From Myxococcales bacterium (lineage in GTDB: Bacteria; Myxococcota_A; Polyangia; Polyangiales; DASUME01), in assembly GCA_047601445.1 (NCBI GenBank), contig JASGJH010000001.1, positions 6,432,001 through 6,496,000 on the forward strand: DNA of 64,000 bases. Reading direction: 5' to 3'. A model generated the notes under the pieces. The model saw only the letters and a program-made list of their open reading frames with translations. It was not told where the DNA came from and searched no databases. The translations under genes were made by a program, and so were the position numbers. The first letter of the stretch is position 1. Each line of letters begins with the position of its first letter. Of this stretch, positions 62,978 through 64,000 are shown one piece after another.

Positions 62978-64000
62978 TCATTTCCCCTTGCCCAAGAACT
63001 CTTTGATGGAGCCCACGATGCCGTCGCGATCGCGGATCTCGCTGGTGATGATGCGGTCGTCGGTCTTGAGGTGCTCGCGCAGGTCTTTGATGAACTGGCC
63101 CGAGCCGTAGGGGCTCTCCACCTGGCCGTAGCAGAACACGTTGCTGGCGGGCAGGAGCTTGGTCTTGAGCAGCTGGACGCACGAGAGCGTGTCGTCGACG
63201 CTCCAGTTGTCGCCGTCGGAGAAATGGAAGGGGTAGATGTTCCACTCGCTCGGCGGGTAGTCGGCCTCGATGATGTCCGTGCACAGCTTGTAGGCCGAGG
63301 AGATCATGGTGCCGCCGCTCTCGCGCGTGCGGAAGAAGGTGTCGCGGTCGACCTCGCGGGCCACGGCGTCGTGGATGATGAAGCGGGTCTCGATGCCCTT
63401 GTATTGGCGCGATAGCCAGGCGTCGATCCAGAAGCTCTCGATGCGAACGATTTCCTTCTGCTCGTCGCCCATGGAGCCCGACACGTCCATCATGTAGAGG
63501 ATGACGGCGTTGGCGACCGGCTCGGTCTCGGTCTTCCACGAGCGGAAGCGCATGTCGTCGCGCACGGGCACCACCACCGGGAACTTGGGGTTGTAGGTGC
63601 CCATCGAGATCTGGCGCTTGAGCGCCTCGCGGTAAGTGCGCCTGAAGTGGCGCAGCGAGTTGGGGCCCACGCGGCGTACGCCCACGTAGCGGTCGCGCTG
63701 ATTGACGATGCGACTCTTGCCCTTGTCCTCGATGTTCGGCAGCGCGAGCTCCTCGCCGAGGATGTCCGCCAGCTCATCGAGGCTGACTTCGACCTCGAGC
63801 GCGTGCTCGCCCGGGTTCTCACCGGCCTGCTTGCCCTGGCCGGGCTGGGGTTGGCCGCCCTGGCTGAGCGGGTCGCCCGCGTCCCCATCGCCCTGGCCGA
63901 CACCACCCTGTTGCTTGTCTCCGTAGCGGAAACGGGGGATGTCGATTTGGGGGATCGGTATCGAGACCACCTCTTTACCCTGGCGGCCGAGTAGCTCCCC
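62978..64000 (-). CDS. yeaH: YeaH/YhbH (DUF444) family protein; 5' end outside the window
   Basis: [27 protein letters not shown]. Frame stays open to the window edge ([14 protein letters not shown]). Confidence 0.92.
   Translation of the reverse strand, partial: GELLGRQGKEVVSIPIPQIDIPRFRYGDKQQGGVGQGDGDAGDPLSQGGQPQPGQGKQAGENPGEHALEVEVSLDELADILGEELALPNIEDKGKSRIVNQRDRYVGVRRVGPNSLRHFRRTYREALKRQISMGTYNPKFPVVVPVRDDMRFRSWKTETEPVANAVILYMMDVSGSMGDEQKEIVRIESFWIDAWLSRQYKGIETRFIIHDAVAREVDRDTFFRTRESGGTMISSAYKLCTDIIEADYPPSEWNIYPFHFSDGDNWSVDDTLSCVQLLKTKLLPASNVFCYGQVESPYGSGQFIKDLREHLKTDDRIITSEIRDRDGIVGSIKEFLGKGK

Overview
High-GC window, almost certainly from a myxobacterium (Myxococcota, Polyangiales-like by inference): it has a MYXO-CTERM protein, many DAG/DSG-linker lipoproteins, Cys-rich repeat proteins and Hanks-type kinase signalling. 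About 47 protein genes are supportable. They include a GntR/FadR-regulated GMC oxidoreductase operon, a Phe/Tyr catabolic operon (long-form phhA, FAH, hppD, hmgA), two acyl-CoA dehydrogenases, aspS, pssA, mdoH, osmC, a thiE-like gene and spoVR/yeaH. No rRNA, tRNA, CRISPR array or transposase was recognised. Best leads: (1) an ECF-sigma-like domain fused to a membrane-anchored Ser/Thr kinase (38858-41080); (2) a 36-bp hairpin motif in three copies, each upstream of and co-oriented with a gene; (3) two diverged inverted copies of a ~240-bp element whose ~35-bp terminal stems covary, plus 81-bp tandem truncations (60430-61390); (4) an exported redox cluster of PHM/DBH-like copper monooxygenase, Tat amidohydrolase, PQQ-type propeller and CX4CH cytochrome-like protein (21436-26887); (5) a beta-helix / di-heme peroxidase / SO2930-type di-heme cluster (52165-55801). 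Two single-base frameshifts (acyl-CoA dehydrogenase, AraC regulator) may be assembly errors. All family calls come from motif recognition by eye; no searches were run.
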